DNA of 64,000 nt from Bigelowiella natans CCMP2755. Its lineage: Eukaryota > Protista > Cercozoa. The stretch is from positions 1 through 64,000 of the forward strand of contig ADNK01001148.1 in NCBI GenBank assembly GCA_000320545.1, given 5' to 3'. Position numbers and translations under genes: made by a program. The notes beneath the pieces are model-generated. The model was not told where the DNA came from. It worked only from the letters and a program-made list of their open reading frames with translations, and did no database searches. Of the stretch, positions 1 to 12,574 are shown in pieces. Position 1 is the first letter of the stretch. Each line of letters begins with the position of its first letter.

Positions 1-192
1 GGAGAAAATCGTTTGCCCGCACCCATATATAAAACCACACATCTTATTAACTTCCGGAGTGACCAGTTAGCTCCTTACACTATTATCGCTCTTTCTCCAA
101 GATTATTTTACCTCTGGTATAGATGGGGGAGGTCTCAACAGATGGGAAGGGGGTTTGGCTCCCCTCGCTCTTGCAGGAAAGATATAAGCTTT

Positions 193-260
<68 letters not shown>

Positions 261-336
261 CAATGTATTCCGATTGTATATTACTAGCAGGTTCTCTTGA
301 GCCTCCTTCTGCTCGTCAGACCTGAACATAAAATGC

Positions 337-374
<38 letters not shown>

Positions 375-656
375 GGCAACGAATCGGATTGATGATAGTC
401 GCGCTCACATGAAATCGCTCGATAGGAACTCCGGCTTAGCAGCAGCAATATGCATTGCGATCTTGTACGCTAAGTCCTTCGCAGCGTCCTTGGACCCCTC
501 TGGAGCGCCCTGCAACCCAACGAGAACCTAGAGTGGAAAAGGGGGAGGGGGGGAACGACGTCCTCTTCAATATTTCATAAAAACATTCCGTGCATAAACA
601 TGTGTTATATATGTGCGTATGGTATGCGTCGGTTCGTGTCGTACGAGCTCATATAC

Positions 657-698
<42 letters not shown>

Positions 699-1415
699 GT
701 ATTATATATGTTTTTATATGTTCTAGGAATGAAAGAAAGTGACCCCAATGGCCCCCACTTTGACGTTATCAAGACCGATTGGAAGCACGTTGTGCACATA
801 GCTGACAGCCGCCATAACACAAATACACCGCAGCGAGAGCAAGGGTCAAACAGAGAAAATAATCAGCGAACACCGAGATAACGGTCGTATGCAACCACGA
901 GATCCACGACGGCAGCGAAGATTCGCACGTGTGCTTTTGCGCGGCAAACATTGCAAGAAATAAACAGCAGGTATGAAGCTTGCATCGATCTCAAACCTCT
1001 CTCTCCCACCATGGCTGCTGCTGCTACTACTACTACTACTACTACTACTACTAGCCTGAATCTTACCCAGCAACAACGCCCCCGGGAACGTTAAGACGAA
1101 CACCTCTTCTTGGTAAGATATTCTCTCGAATCTGGAGTACAGCATCCGAAACAGCTTCTTTCACCGTACCAAAACTAGCAGTCTCAGCGCCATCGGCAGC
1201 CTCCCAGGAGAGGCCTTCTAACGCTGCCGTGTCCATGACCAGGGCGGCACCCTCGCCGTTGCTATTTGGAGAATCATCCTTGAGAATGCTTTGGGATACC
1301 TGGGTATTGGCGGTGGTAGGCCCATGGAGAGCGAGGAAGGAGGAGGAGGGGGGAGGAGACGATTCATCGAGGCAAGCACTTATGTTATTCGTGCTCACTA
1401 TTCATTCTTTTTATC

Positions 1416-1460
<45 letters not shown>

Positions 1461-2206
1461 CTCCCAACCCCCCCCTCCCTCTCTCTCCTCCATCTCACCC
1501 CTGCTATTAAGTTATGGAAGAGGTCGATCCGAGCTGCCGAGTCCGTTTCCGTACTCATCTCTAAGAGCGCCTTTCAGCCGTTGTCATTGTGTGTTTGAAT
1601 CGAAAACACGACACACATCAGATGGATGGCAGCAGAGAGTGATGTCTCCGTTTGTTTATGTAAATTTATTTATTTCTATGTGTTTCTCTCTCTGTCTCTC
1701 TCTCTCTGTGTGTGTGCGCGCGCGTGTCAGCTTGTGGATTTATGTGTCAGCTTGTGTGACTGCAGTGTACATCCCTACACAAGAGCATACTGCGGCTACA
1801 ACTGTCATCAGCAACAACAACCACAACAACAACAACAATAACAACAACAACCACAATAATGATAATGATATTACCGCAGTCTCTCCGTTTTCAGCAAAGG
1901 AAATACCAATGAGGCCCTGAAGGTGATGATTGCACGAAACCATTGCGAGCAGACAACATTAGAAGATAGAGGGGGAGTATGAGGACGATAATACGTGCAT
2001 AGATAGGAAGACACAAAAACACGAGCACACAATAAACACACGAGCACACAAACACACACGCCCGCACCCGCAGCACAAAACAACTATTTCTTCCCCAAAA
2101 CATCCATTCCCAACCTGCGATGCTTCCTGATTCGCTCTTTTACCACGAACCAGAGTACCTACAGAGATAAGAGAACGATTGAGCAATGGAATTCCCACAG
2201 AGCACA

Positions 2207-2241
<35 letters not shown>

Positions 2242-2621
2242 GCCAGAGAGAAGGGTACCTTGCTTGCGCATCCACTCCAAAGCAGCCTCGAGATCGTCCC
2301 CACACTAATCAAATTAAAACGATGGCTAAACTAGATCATCGCGTCAATCTTGTTTCCCTCTATCTAGCGGGCTCTTCTGTTGAGTGCCATCGGCGAAGCA
2401 TGGTGATGGATGAGGAGGAAATGGGGTCTCACCTCCTCAATGGCTTTCTTACAGTCCTTGATGGGAGCTCCGGATTCAGATCGAAGCTTCTTAATCATTT
2501 CCATGTTCACAGAGGATGCGAACAAGCGGCGAGGGAAGGCACGAACCCGCAAAGGGGTCCTTGCGCTTCGAAGCCCCATGAGCGCGGATCTCCTCACGGA
2601 CATAACCCACGTGCCGGCCAT
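1..2621 (-). CDS. TSFM: Mitochondrial translation elongation factor Ts (multi-exon; 3' end probably runs off the window start)
   Basis: Exon 1 has an Arg/Ser-rich presequence followed by VNMEMIKKLRSESGAPIKDCKKAIEE (EF-Ts N-terminal UBA-like motif). Later exons read DDLEAALEWMRKQG, GLIGI, MSTETDSAAR (cf. NCETDFVAR), IRENILPRR, YVHN and KIAMHIAAAKP, in EF-Ts order and bounded by GT..AG. Confidence 0.92.
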
Positions 2622-2958
2622 TTTGAGCAATCGAATCTGAGAGTGAGATCCCGTTCGTTTTGGCCTAATTATTCAGAAAAACATTGTCGTATGCAAATAA
2701 AAGGACCGCGATTCGATTCGGGCAGTGTAACCAGTCGCTCGACGAGAAGCATTCGGAGGAGAAATCCCTATTGCGTCATCAAGAAAGCCTGTAAAAATCC
2801 GTTTTCACACCCCGCTCCGGAGCTATTCTAGATTCTCCTTCCTGCGTCTTGCCGAAAGCCGTGATGAAGATAGAAATTTAAGGGCATTTTACAGAATTTC
2901 TCCATATCATGAGCTTCAAAATTAAGAAGTAATTCCCAGATTCTGATCTCCCAGAAAA

Positions 2959-4327
2959 ATGGCCGCCGCTCGCGTGCCACCGTCGACGGCGGCCTCCCGC
3001 ATGTTACTTTTATTGCTAACCGTGGCTTTTGGGGCGGTTCTACGGGGAATAATAGACCCACTTGGTAAAGTCCTTGGTCGTAGCTTTCCTGATGCTCTCT
3101 ACACTGCAGAAAGAGGGTGGAGATCACGCACTCGAGGAGAACCTCGAAGAGCGCTAATCTTGCCGGAATCTTATGCTCGGATTCTTCGTGGGGGTGGGAA
3201 CGACGACGGGGAGGGTGCTAAAACGGACCCAGAGCTTCGAACGGTTGAAGAAAGTATCAAATCGATGTCTATGGGCACAAATCGCACTGATAAGGAGGCA
3301 CGAGAAATCATCAATGAGAGCATCAAGCTAGAGCAGTTGGACAAGGAGATTGGGATTGAAAAACGCCACCAACAAGAGCTCGCGGAGGAGTTGCAAGAGG
3401 TTAAATATGGTGCAATAACATGGAGTTTGGACCATCATCTTCTCTTAGCCCTAATATGGTTTTTCGACTCAGTGCAACCTCCCCCCCCCTCCCTCTTCCG
3501 CACAAGATTTTTCAAAATTACATGCATGAGCAAATACCTCTCCCATCGCGCCACGCCCTCATCCTCATGATTCTACTGATCAGTCTAGCAACCGCCTCTC
3601 GCAGCTTGAGTTTCAAAGGACCATTCTCAAGAAAAGCATTCAGCATAGAAAGCAGGCATTAGGTGATGGACTTAGGAAAAGGAGATTGGCCAAAAATATG
3701 CAAGTCTAGAGACTTTAATGCGTGTAAATTTCATTCTGACGTGATGATCCTCTGCATTTATCTAACCTACGAACAGGAGCTTCGAGCCCTCCAGTAACTG
3801 AGGCTGCTGCGCACCAGCAGAGCTTCAATGGCGGGGAAGAGGATGAATTGCTCTTGAGTTGGAGAGAACCGGGTTTTGCGTGGAGCGACGACGGTCTGAA
3901 GATAAACATTCGCAGTCTCTTCTGAACACAGAATCATTAAATAGTATAGCCACACGTTGCGTACATCTTAGATATCTTCCTGTAATACGCTGCTGCGCGT
4001 TGATGCTACTGTGTTGTTCTGAATTCTAGGTTATGGGAAGGCGAACGTGACTGTGTTTATCACCTCTGATCTAGATGGCATTGGGAACTTACCCAGAGAA
4101 AAGGCAAGTACTACTGCTGATTGTAAATCGTCTTTAATGAAAAGAGGGGGGAACAGTAGTCTTGTAGCTCAAATTCGTCAGCATAAAATGCTTTGGTTTT
4201 GTGTGCGCGCGTGTGTTGTCGTGGGGCGACGAATAGGTGAAAGTGATGCTATCAGAAAACGCCTTCGATGTTAAAGTCCGGGGTTTAAACGGCAAAAACA
4301 TCCGCTTGCAGGCACTCCGATGATAGA

Positions 4328-4360
<33 letters not shown>

Positions 4361-4544
4361 GACTATGATAACTACGACGACGATCATTATATCAACGACA
4401 CTAACAACGGAAATGATGAAAGTGGTGCCGCAATTGAACAAAACCTACTCGTCGATCGAAACTTTGTCTCTTCTCTCTTTTTCTCTCTTCTCGCAATTTT
4501 GGAGTTTTAAAATCGTTCATTCAGAACGCAATTGTTACATAGCA

Positions 4545-4592
<48 letters not shown>

Positions 4593-4839
4593 ATATTATC
4601 CACAGCGGCGGCTACACGCCCCGATTTCGCCTCTTCGGAGCAGCTACAAGATCACGCAGAATCAGCTGCATCTAAGCCTTGCGAAGAAAGATCCTAGCAA
4701 GATATGGAAGAATCTCCACTGGACATGGAGCCCAGGAAAGGAGGACACGGGTACGCAGTGGTGTGTGTGGTAGTAGGAAGAAGAAGAAGAAGAAGAAGAA
4801 GAAGAAGAAGAAGCGGATAGCGTGTTGAGCGCATTGCTT

Positions 4840-4917
<78 letters not shown>

Positions 4918-5528
4918 GCAAAGTGGATGCTCCGTCGGTGAAACATGCCATCTATTTACGATATTTGCTGCTGCCTTGGCTTGGTTTTACCACCTATTCA
5001 TCTCCTGCACGTGAATATGCCCTGAACAGGACGGCGCAAGGCGAACAACAAGAACCCTATGGGGGCGCTTTGGAACATGATGCAGGACATGTATGAATAT
5101 GCGGAAAACATGACGATAATGATGGTGATAATGGTGATGATGATGATGATGATGATGACATTGATGATGGCTGATAACGCCTCTCCTCTACCTAAGTAAT
5201 ACACATACCGATCCTTCTTAGGTACCATGACGGCGACGATGCAACGCGAAAGCTGATGAACAAAGCTATCTTCGACGCTCAACGGAGCGCAGAAGAGAAC
5301 CCAGAGACTATGATGAGGCAGATCCCAGGGGGCTCGAGCATGAAAGTTCCAAAAGAAATGCTGATGGAGGAGGATGGGGAGCAACCGCATCCGCTAGCAC
5401 CGCCTTTGCACGCGCATTCGATGCCTGGTCAATCAATACCTGCTGCTGATCAGAAGCCGAGAGGCTACGGAGGGAAGGAATTCCGAAGGAACAAGCCCCC
5501 GCCTCCACCTCCCCTCCCAAGTTTATGA
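2959..5528 (+). CDS. Calcyclin-binding protein/SIP-like co-chaperone (CS + SGS domains) with a signal-peptide-like leader (multi-exon)
   Basis: Exons FAWSDDG (~3875) and KANVTVFITSDLDGIGNLPREK (~4040) resemble the start of a CS domain. NPMGALWNMMQDMY (~5055) plus YHDGDDATRKLMNKAIFDAQR (~5222) match the CacyBP SGS motif (GLMxxxKxxYEDGDDxMKRTINKAW). The N-terminus has a hydrophobic stretch MLLLLLTVAFGAVL. Confidence 0.75.
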
Positions 5529-6306
5529 TGAGCACACGAGAAATAGTCTAACACACTTGTTGCTGGCCGGGCCGTATGCATGTGCGAGACACCGAGATCA
5601 CGGGGAAAACATGATGCACTGCAGCTGCAAGTGTGGATTTGACAAATTTGTAGCGACATGTGCGTGTGTGTGTGTGTGTGTGCATACGCATCGCAGCGTA
5701 TGGCGCGCGTTGAGATTCTGGCCACGCTAGCACGACTACATGTGAGCTAGGTGCCTATAACTACTAGACTAGCTAATGATATGATGATGATGATGATGAT
5801 GATGATGATACAAGAATGACAAAAGCTGTCAAAAATGATTCAAACAAAATGCAGAAGTGTGCTAGGGATAGTTTTAGGTTATATTAGTGCACGAGCGTAG
5901 CAAAATAAGCGCGAAATATTCAGTAAGAGGGCACTACAGATCCCGCTTCCAGCAGCGGTCACATGCACGACGGATTTACACAAGGAACACATTGCTAGAT
6001 AGCTACACTTATTGCGTACACATACGACAGTAGACATATTGATACACATCAGATGAACACCCACCATAATACATGTTCGTTGCCGTAAAGGCTTGCAATT
6101 ATTATCTAAATAGCTTTGCGAGCTTCCCTCAAATTTGTTTGTCTGCGGTGAGGGCCTCACACATGTCGCATGCAGGTGCACTTAATAGCCAGAACCTGGT
6201 AATAGCGACTACAATCGTATTAATGATGAAGAACATACAGCGCATGTTGGTGGCCAAGCATCCCGCTACAATGGATCAGCATTGTGCAGCAAATGCTTAA
6301 GGCATT

Positions 6307-6424
6307 ATGATAGACATGTAATATAATATATATACTAAATATGATATTACTGTGTCTATTATAAGTATGATAGACATGTAATATAATATATATACTATAT
6401 ATGATATTACTGTGTCTATTATCA
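6307..6424. repeat. Two tandem 60-bp AT-rich units, each an imperfect inverted repeat
   Basis: tatgatagacatgtaatataatatatatact(a/-)..atatgatattactgtgtctattat occurs twice with period 60. The arms atagaca..gtaatat / atattac..tgtctat pair. Confidence 0.8.
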
Positions 6425-8206
6425 CTTCTGGGTGACATTCACCACAAAATTCGTTATTTCCACCGGCCATTCCTTTAGCACCTGCCCAAGGGATTTTGCA
6501 ATGCAAATCCGTGCGTGTGGGAAGAGCTTTTCTAAAAGGAGAATGGTTGCCATCGGGTGAGTGCTGTCATCGCAGTCCCACCCGCACACGAGCATTGGGA
6601 TTTTCCGCACCTTTTTTTTACAATTCGAATCAATTCGAATCAAGCGTGATTAATGCGCAATAGAAAGCTGAAGCGGGGCTGTGGGTACATCCTCTATGCT
6701 AAAGCTATGTTCAGGGAGTCTGCGCTCGCTCGCAAGAAATACAACTTTCTATCTCAAGAAAAACTACTTTCGACTGCTTTCGAAGTATCATTCAACTCGA
6801 TCTGAATTTAGTAGAGACATCGAAGCAAGAGCATATATGGTCAGACCTTTACATTTTCCAATGCTTTGAGCGGCGGGAAGTCCGACTCCAAAGCTCCCGT
6901 CATCACTTCATGGAAATCATCCATCAGGAGCCCCTTTTCGGGAGGAGGGGGAGGGGGGGGAGAAGGAGAACTGTATTGTTCAGTCTTCTTACTCTTGCTT
7001 CTCTTACCGTTATTGTCACTACTGTGACACGCGAAGATTGGCCTTATTAGCTTCCCCTTAGCTCTATAAAACGCTTTGCCGCCCCTGCTAATAACATCCC
7101 GTATCTTCGTCCTGCGTCCTTTGCGGCTGCGGAAACAGGTTGGAGGAATGACCATCACAATGCCTGACACCTCACCCGGGTGTGTCGTAGCGGCCCACAG
7201 CGCGGAGGCGGCGCCCATGCTTGCCCCCCCCACAATATACTTCGACAAGCGAGGGGCTGAGGCGGTGGAAGAGGAGGAGCTCTTTCCAGCAGTTGTCTTC
7301 ATCATCATCGTCGTCGTAACCGTTGCCGCTGCTGCCTCACCAAGGCGAATCATGGTGTCTCCGACCCCCTCCCACTTCCAGTCGACATGCCCCTTCCCTT
7401 CTGCATCGAAGGGCGACTTTCCATGTCCGAGGGCATCAAATCGAAGCGAGCTGCACAGGGTCGGGGGGAGAAAGTCCCACCAATTCCACAGGCTCTCGAG
7501 AGATTCACTCGCCATTGAGGAGGCAAGAGGATGGCACCAGACAAACCAAGCGTCTTCTTTGGCCTATCCTTGCCGTTGGTCTCGGAGTCGCTTTGTACTC
7601 TTTGTGTCATCCGGAGAGAGTACGCTACTACCTCGCTCCACGCTTCCCTCTCCCCCCTTCTTCTTGGGATTATCGTCCTCGTGAGTGCCGTCTTTGTTGA
7701 TACAATTGATGTTGCTAACGGCGCGGATCTCGACATGATAGCGCTGGCCTCCAACTGTGAGAAATCGTTGATCCGAATGTGGAGCAGGAGGGGGGGAGAG
7801 ACGTGGATACCTTTCAGTCATGCACATCTTCAACGATGCATTCTCTCTTTTAATCATTTGTGTTGGCGCTGACGGTGGCGCTGGCTCCGACTGCCGGTTC
7901 CTTAAAGTGGGCGATAAAGACATTCGTACAAGCTGCTTCTGGAATCCTACATTGCGCAACGATGCTGCACGTCGGGATGCGACCGTCCGTACTGCGAGCT
8001 TCAGGTCGAAGCTGAAGTGATACATCAATGAGGCTGCACAGATTGTTGCGCTACGATTTACGCCTGGATGTTTGAAAACTGTGTAAGTCCACGAACCCAT
8101 CTTCTGTTTTGAAAGATAGCTAGTCTCTATTGCTAAGGGGCAGCTCACCTCCTTGGCAGTGCACGAGAACAACGCTGTCCTTTTCTACATAACTGGCCAG
8201 ATGCCC

Positions 8207-8241
<35 letters not shown>

Positions 8242-8937
8242 TCACACACTGAGCGCTCATCAAAACCTATTTTGATGAGCCATGAATATACACTGTGCTC
8301 GCAAAGAGGAAAATAGACTGGCGCAAATATTTGATGTTAGATCAAATATTCATGCATTGCTGACGAAATATTTCGGGGATTTGGAAGTACGCTGCATCTA
8401 AAAAGTTTCGTGCTTCGTCCCAATGATTGCCAAGGAGGTCGTAGTTCTCCTCATCCATAGCTGAGAAGACATGGTATGCGCGAAATGTCTCTTTAAGCTT
8501 CTTCTCATAGAACTTCTTGCCTGGAAGAATGAAACAAAGAACCTTTTCTATCATAGTATTCGTTTCTGTGCAGAGACAGATAGCACATACAGCGCGTGCT
8601 CAAATAAGTAGGCACTACCACTACGGCTCTGAGGCCCCATCGTGTTCAAAATGTGTGTAATTTTCAGCCTTTCCAGCTTTGAAGGATTTCGGACAGCTAG
8701 GATATTGCTAACATACCTGCCAAGAAATTATTATTCCAGAGCAGATTCCGGAACAAAAAGCTTCGCTTACAATTTCCCTTCGATGATGGGGGCAGGATTC
8801 TTATTCGCCTCAAATGGTTTCGAATTCCACGCTTGTAGTTCCTCGTCGACTATCTCCCCTACAATCTCAATCAGCTTCTGGTCCTCTTTCTGCCGACCCC
8901 CCGACCCCCCTTGAGAAGGAGCCAGCGATGACGCCAT
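6422..8937 (-). CDS. Dual-specificity protein phosphatase fused to an alpha/beta-hydrolase (multi-exon)
   Basis: DSP part: PAPIIEGKL, KLERLKITHILN, and a spliced catalytic loop VLVHCQG|GVNRSATICAASLM (HCxxGxxRS), then NVGFQKQL. Hydrolase part: FVWCHPL, LRFDALGHGKS, nucleophile elbow VGGASMGAASAL, and last exon IPMLVCGWDCDDSTHP...WP ending at the stop at 6422. Confidence 0.8.
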
Positions 8938-9119
8938 GAGGACGCACAAAGCGGTTTTAAAAAGCCTTTCAAATTTTGATCCCGATTGTTCCCCGTCAGA
9001 GATTTCCCGGAGACTGTCCTAGGAACTTCCAGAAAAACTCCATCAGAAAATACCGGTATTTAGAACTTTGCATCGGGATAATCCCGGGACTAGAATTCCT
9101 TCTGCGGTCGCCAACGGGA

Positions 9120-10572
9120 ATGGGCCCGAGGCGGCTGACCCCTCGCGGCCGAAAACCCGCGTTTGTCGGGATGATCCTCGTGGCGGCACTATGGTGCAGC
9201 TCGTGCTTCGATATGCGGAACAGCTCAAGGACCTCAGCGCAACAGCCCTCGAAGTCTTTGTTGAAGATGTACTCGATTCGGCGGCGACGACGTCGTTGCA
9301 GCCGCTTGAGCGGTGGGGCAAGCGAGCACATCTCGGATGGCCGCATCGATAAATGGGGCCGTGCTATCTGCAGCAGGCTGCAGGTAGTATATCATTTTAT
9401 ACGTGGTAGATTAGAATGCATTCTCTTCATGTCAAGCAACGGTAAAGAACCCCCTCCCCCCTGCCCGCCCTTCATGAATCAGAGCATCGTTCTCCAGGGA
9501 AATATGTCGTCGAAGGTAGAGGGCGTCGGTTCAACACACCACCGACCATTAAAATTGGCGGTACAAATGCCTCCAGAGGTAAATGATTTCATCTCTTCCG
9601 CACGTGTCATTCGTTTGAGCTGTTCAATAACCATCTTCTACCTTTAGTAGTAACATATACATATATTGATACACCTAAATTTGTTACATACATTTCATCA
9701 TTTAAACCGGCCAATCTGACATTCTCTGGCAAGTTAACCCTTCTTGAAGAGCCGATTCTCTACGTATTTTCGATGTTTAGATGCTGAGTCAGGCTGATAG
9801 AATCTCCGGCGTCCTGCGAGCACAATGGAGTGTGCTGTATCATCGACATCATGGCTCTAATCATCGATTTCAGGAGGCGTTGGAAGTATGTGCCATTGTG
9901 TGTTTAATTGTACATTACAATGCGTTATGTAAATGAAGTCAAAGAAATCATAGTGTTGCGTGCTCTCTCTCTCTCCCCATCTTATCGCTTATCGCTTCAA
10001 TGGTTCTCCCCTACTACCCGAAAGATCATCAGTTTATTCGACTTCGAGAACGGCGGCAGCTGCTGCCTGAACGACATGGCGATCGCCAAGACGCAGCCAG
10101 ATATCGTCCTTCATCTCGGCACTAGTAAGTGGTAGTAGTAGTAGTAGTAGTAGTAGTAATAGTAGTAGTACCGTGTTCAATTCGTGAAGTTGCAGATGTT
10201 TATTAATCCGTCCTTGTGCTACAAATATGGCCAGGTTGCCGCTCCGCATTTCCCCGTTTCAGCGGCTCGAGTATGAAGATCCCTGCTCTCCATGATAGCG
10301 GGTGAGTAGTAGTGTTGCTGCTGGCTGCTGATGTGCTCTTTCACATGAGGAGGCTTTTGTAGTTGGCCGCTCATCGTTCGTATCGAGTTTGGATTATATA
10401 TATATATATATATATATAATATACATATATACTCCCGTCGAAGATATTTTGCACTATTTTCTAGATTGGTGGCCTTTGATACAGAGCGGTTCGTTGCCAG
10501 TCTCATTCGCAGATTCAGAGTAATGATCCCCTCTGTGTGCGTTTTTGTGCTGCTTTTACAAAAGTGTCTGCC

Positions 10573-10612
<40 letters not shown>

Positions 10613-10672
10613 AATACATATTTATTTTTATATACGCGTGAAGTATAATTGGGTAGCTATTATGAGGGCATG

Positions 10673-10713
<41 letters not shown>

Positions 10714-12543
10714 CGCGCGGGCGTAACCAAGTATGTGGATGAAAGTAGAGGCGAGTCGTCAGAACGAAAAGCATATACAAACATAATTAGGCTTCTGTGC
10801 ATTTAGATTTGAGGGAGACTGGAAATGTTATTAATTTGACTTGGCCACCACCTCTGTTTTCACACCACTTCCTTACTCATTCACCAGGAAGAAGAGGACT
10901 TTGAAAGAAATAGGCTATGCATTGTCTTAGCTGGTCCCTATCTCGGCTATAAGGTAGTCGCAGTGTTTGATAGCAATTACTAATATTTTTATTATTGTTG
11001 CGGTTGTTGGTAGCATGAGTTATTATTCGCCTTTTCCCATGCTGCTGAGCTCTGACTGATTTTGATTCGGAAGAGAGAATTGCAATCATCCCATGATATC
11101 GATAACGCTCTACTTTTTATTTTTTTCTTCATCTTCTTCGTCTTCTTCGTCTTCATCATCTTCTTCTTCTTTCTCTTCTTTGGCTACTACTGCAACTCCT
11201 CCTATGCAAGCTGAAAAGCCCAATATTACACGATTTCTAAGCTCCCCCCCCCTATCGCTATGGATGAATACGCAGTGGAAACACGACGAACAACGGCGAT
11301 TCAAGATCATGCTGTTGTTTATGCAATTGGCCAAGCTCACATAAAATTCTTTTGAACATAATAAGGATGAGATACTGCGGCTATATGAGCTGGTTTCTGG
11401 AAAGCCAGGTTGGGTTTTCTTTGCATTTATGAGTTGCCCTCATCGTTATCATCATCATTATGACGCATGGCCATAGGCTGTCGTGTACACGCACGACGGT
11501 GTACTACTTTAGAGGATATTACTGTACAAGAGCGGAAGAGCGCGCGAATGAACAAATTTCGTCATTATCGATACCAAAAGCTTTTGCAATGCGTTTGAAT
11601 TCTCCTCGCATTCAGGTTCTGCCGTGTGCAAAGATGTTACTTTTCTATGGAATCTGGCCTCGTCAGAAGGCGATTTTACTGATCGCGACAACAGCTCCAT
11701 CGTTTTTGTGGGGGATCTGCGCCCCGAATTCAGGCAATTCAAAAGCTATTATTATTACTTGATATAAAACGTAGCGCCCCTTTTGCTGCGCGGGTGCCGT
11801 CATGAAAGAGAGGTGGTGTGTGTGTGTGTGTGTGCAGATTGAGCGAGACGGAAGGAAACGATGAGTCCTATTACGCTTATCTTACCCGGCGATTTTGGAG
11901 GTCAAAGGTAGCAAAAAATATTGCAGTAGGAAAGGAAGTATGTCCTGCGCATGTCCCGTTGCTGTGGCGTGCACACATCCTGCAACATCAAGTAACAGAA
12001 TCTCAATACCTCCCCCCCCCCCCCCCCCCCCCCCCTCTTCCCGGCCTCCTCCTCTACGCTTCTAGATTTTCTTATACACAGATTCTGAAAAGGAAGAAAG
12101 AAATTCATCGGACGATGATGCGCAAAATCGCCTGCAATTACTTGCGATTGGCGCCAAAGAGGGGGAATTGTGCGATCCAAATGCGACTAGCAGCGTAATC
12201 AGGAAGGCAACGGAGAATATCGAATGGGGCCCAGCGACATCCTCCAGTCCAGATGCTAAAGAAGGTATTGGCAAGCACAACAATGCAATCCCTCGTTGCC
12301 TGAATCATAAGCTCATTGCAGATGAGAGCCGGAAAATGCAAGGATGCGACGATTATTGGCTCCATAGGAGGCTTAACAGTCATAGCAGCCATCTCACAAC
12401 AGTTAGTGATAGTAGCCGCAGTGCTACAGGTCATCATCCTCATCCGCAAGATCGACTTCGCAACTGGAAGGGAGAAGGCAAGATTGTCGAAATCCCACAG
12501 CTGATTCGCAGACTTACGCTGCAACGAAGGTTGCTATGCACAT

Positions 12544-12574
<31 letters not shown>

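Noticed and set aside
7564-7566. Stop-codon reassignment or programmed readthrough at the in-frame TAG
   Set aside because: A 60-nt phase-0 GT..AG intron explains it more simply, and other genes here appear to end in TAG (26946, 52070).
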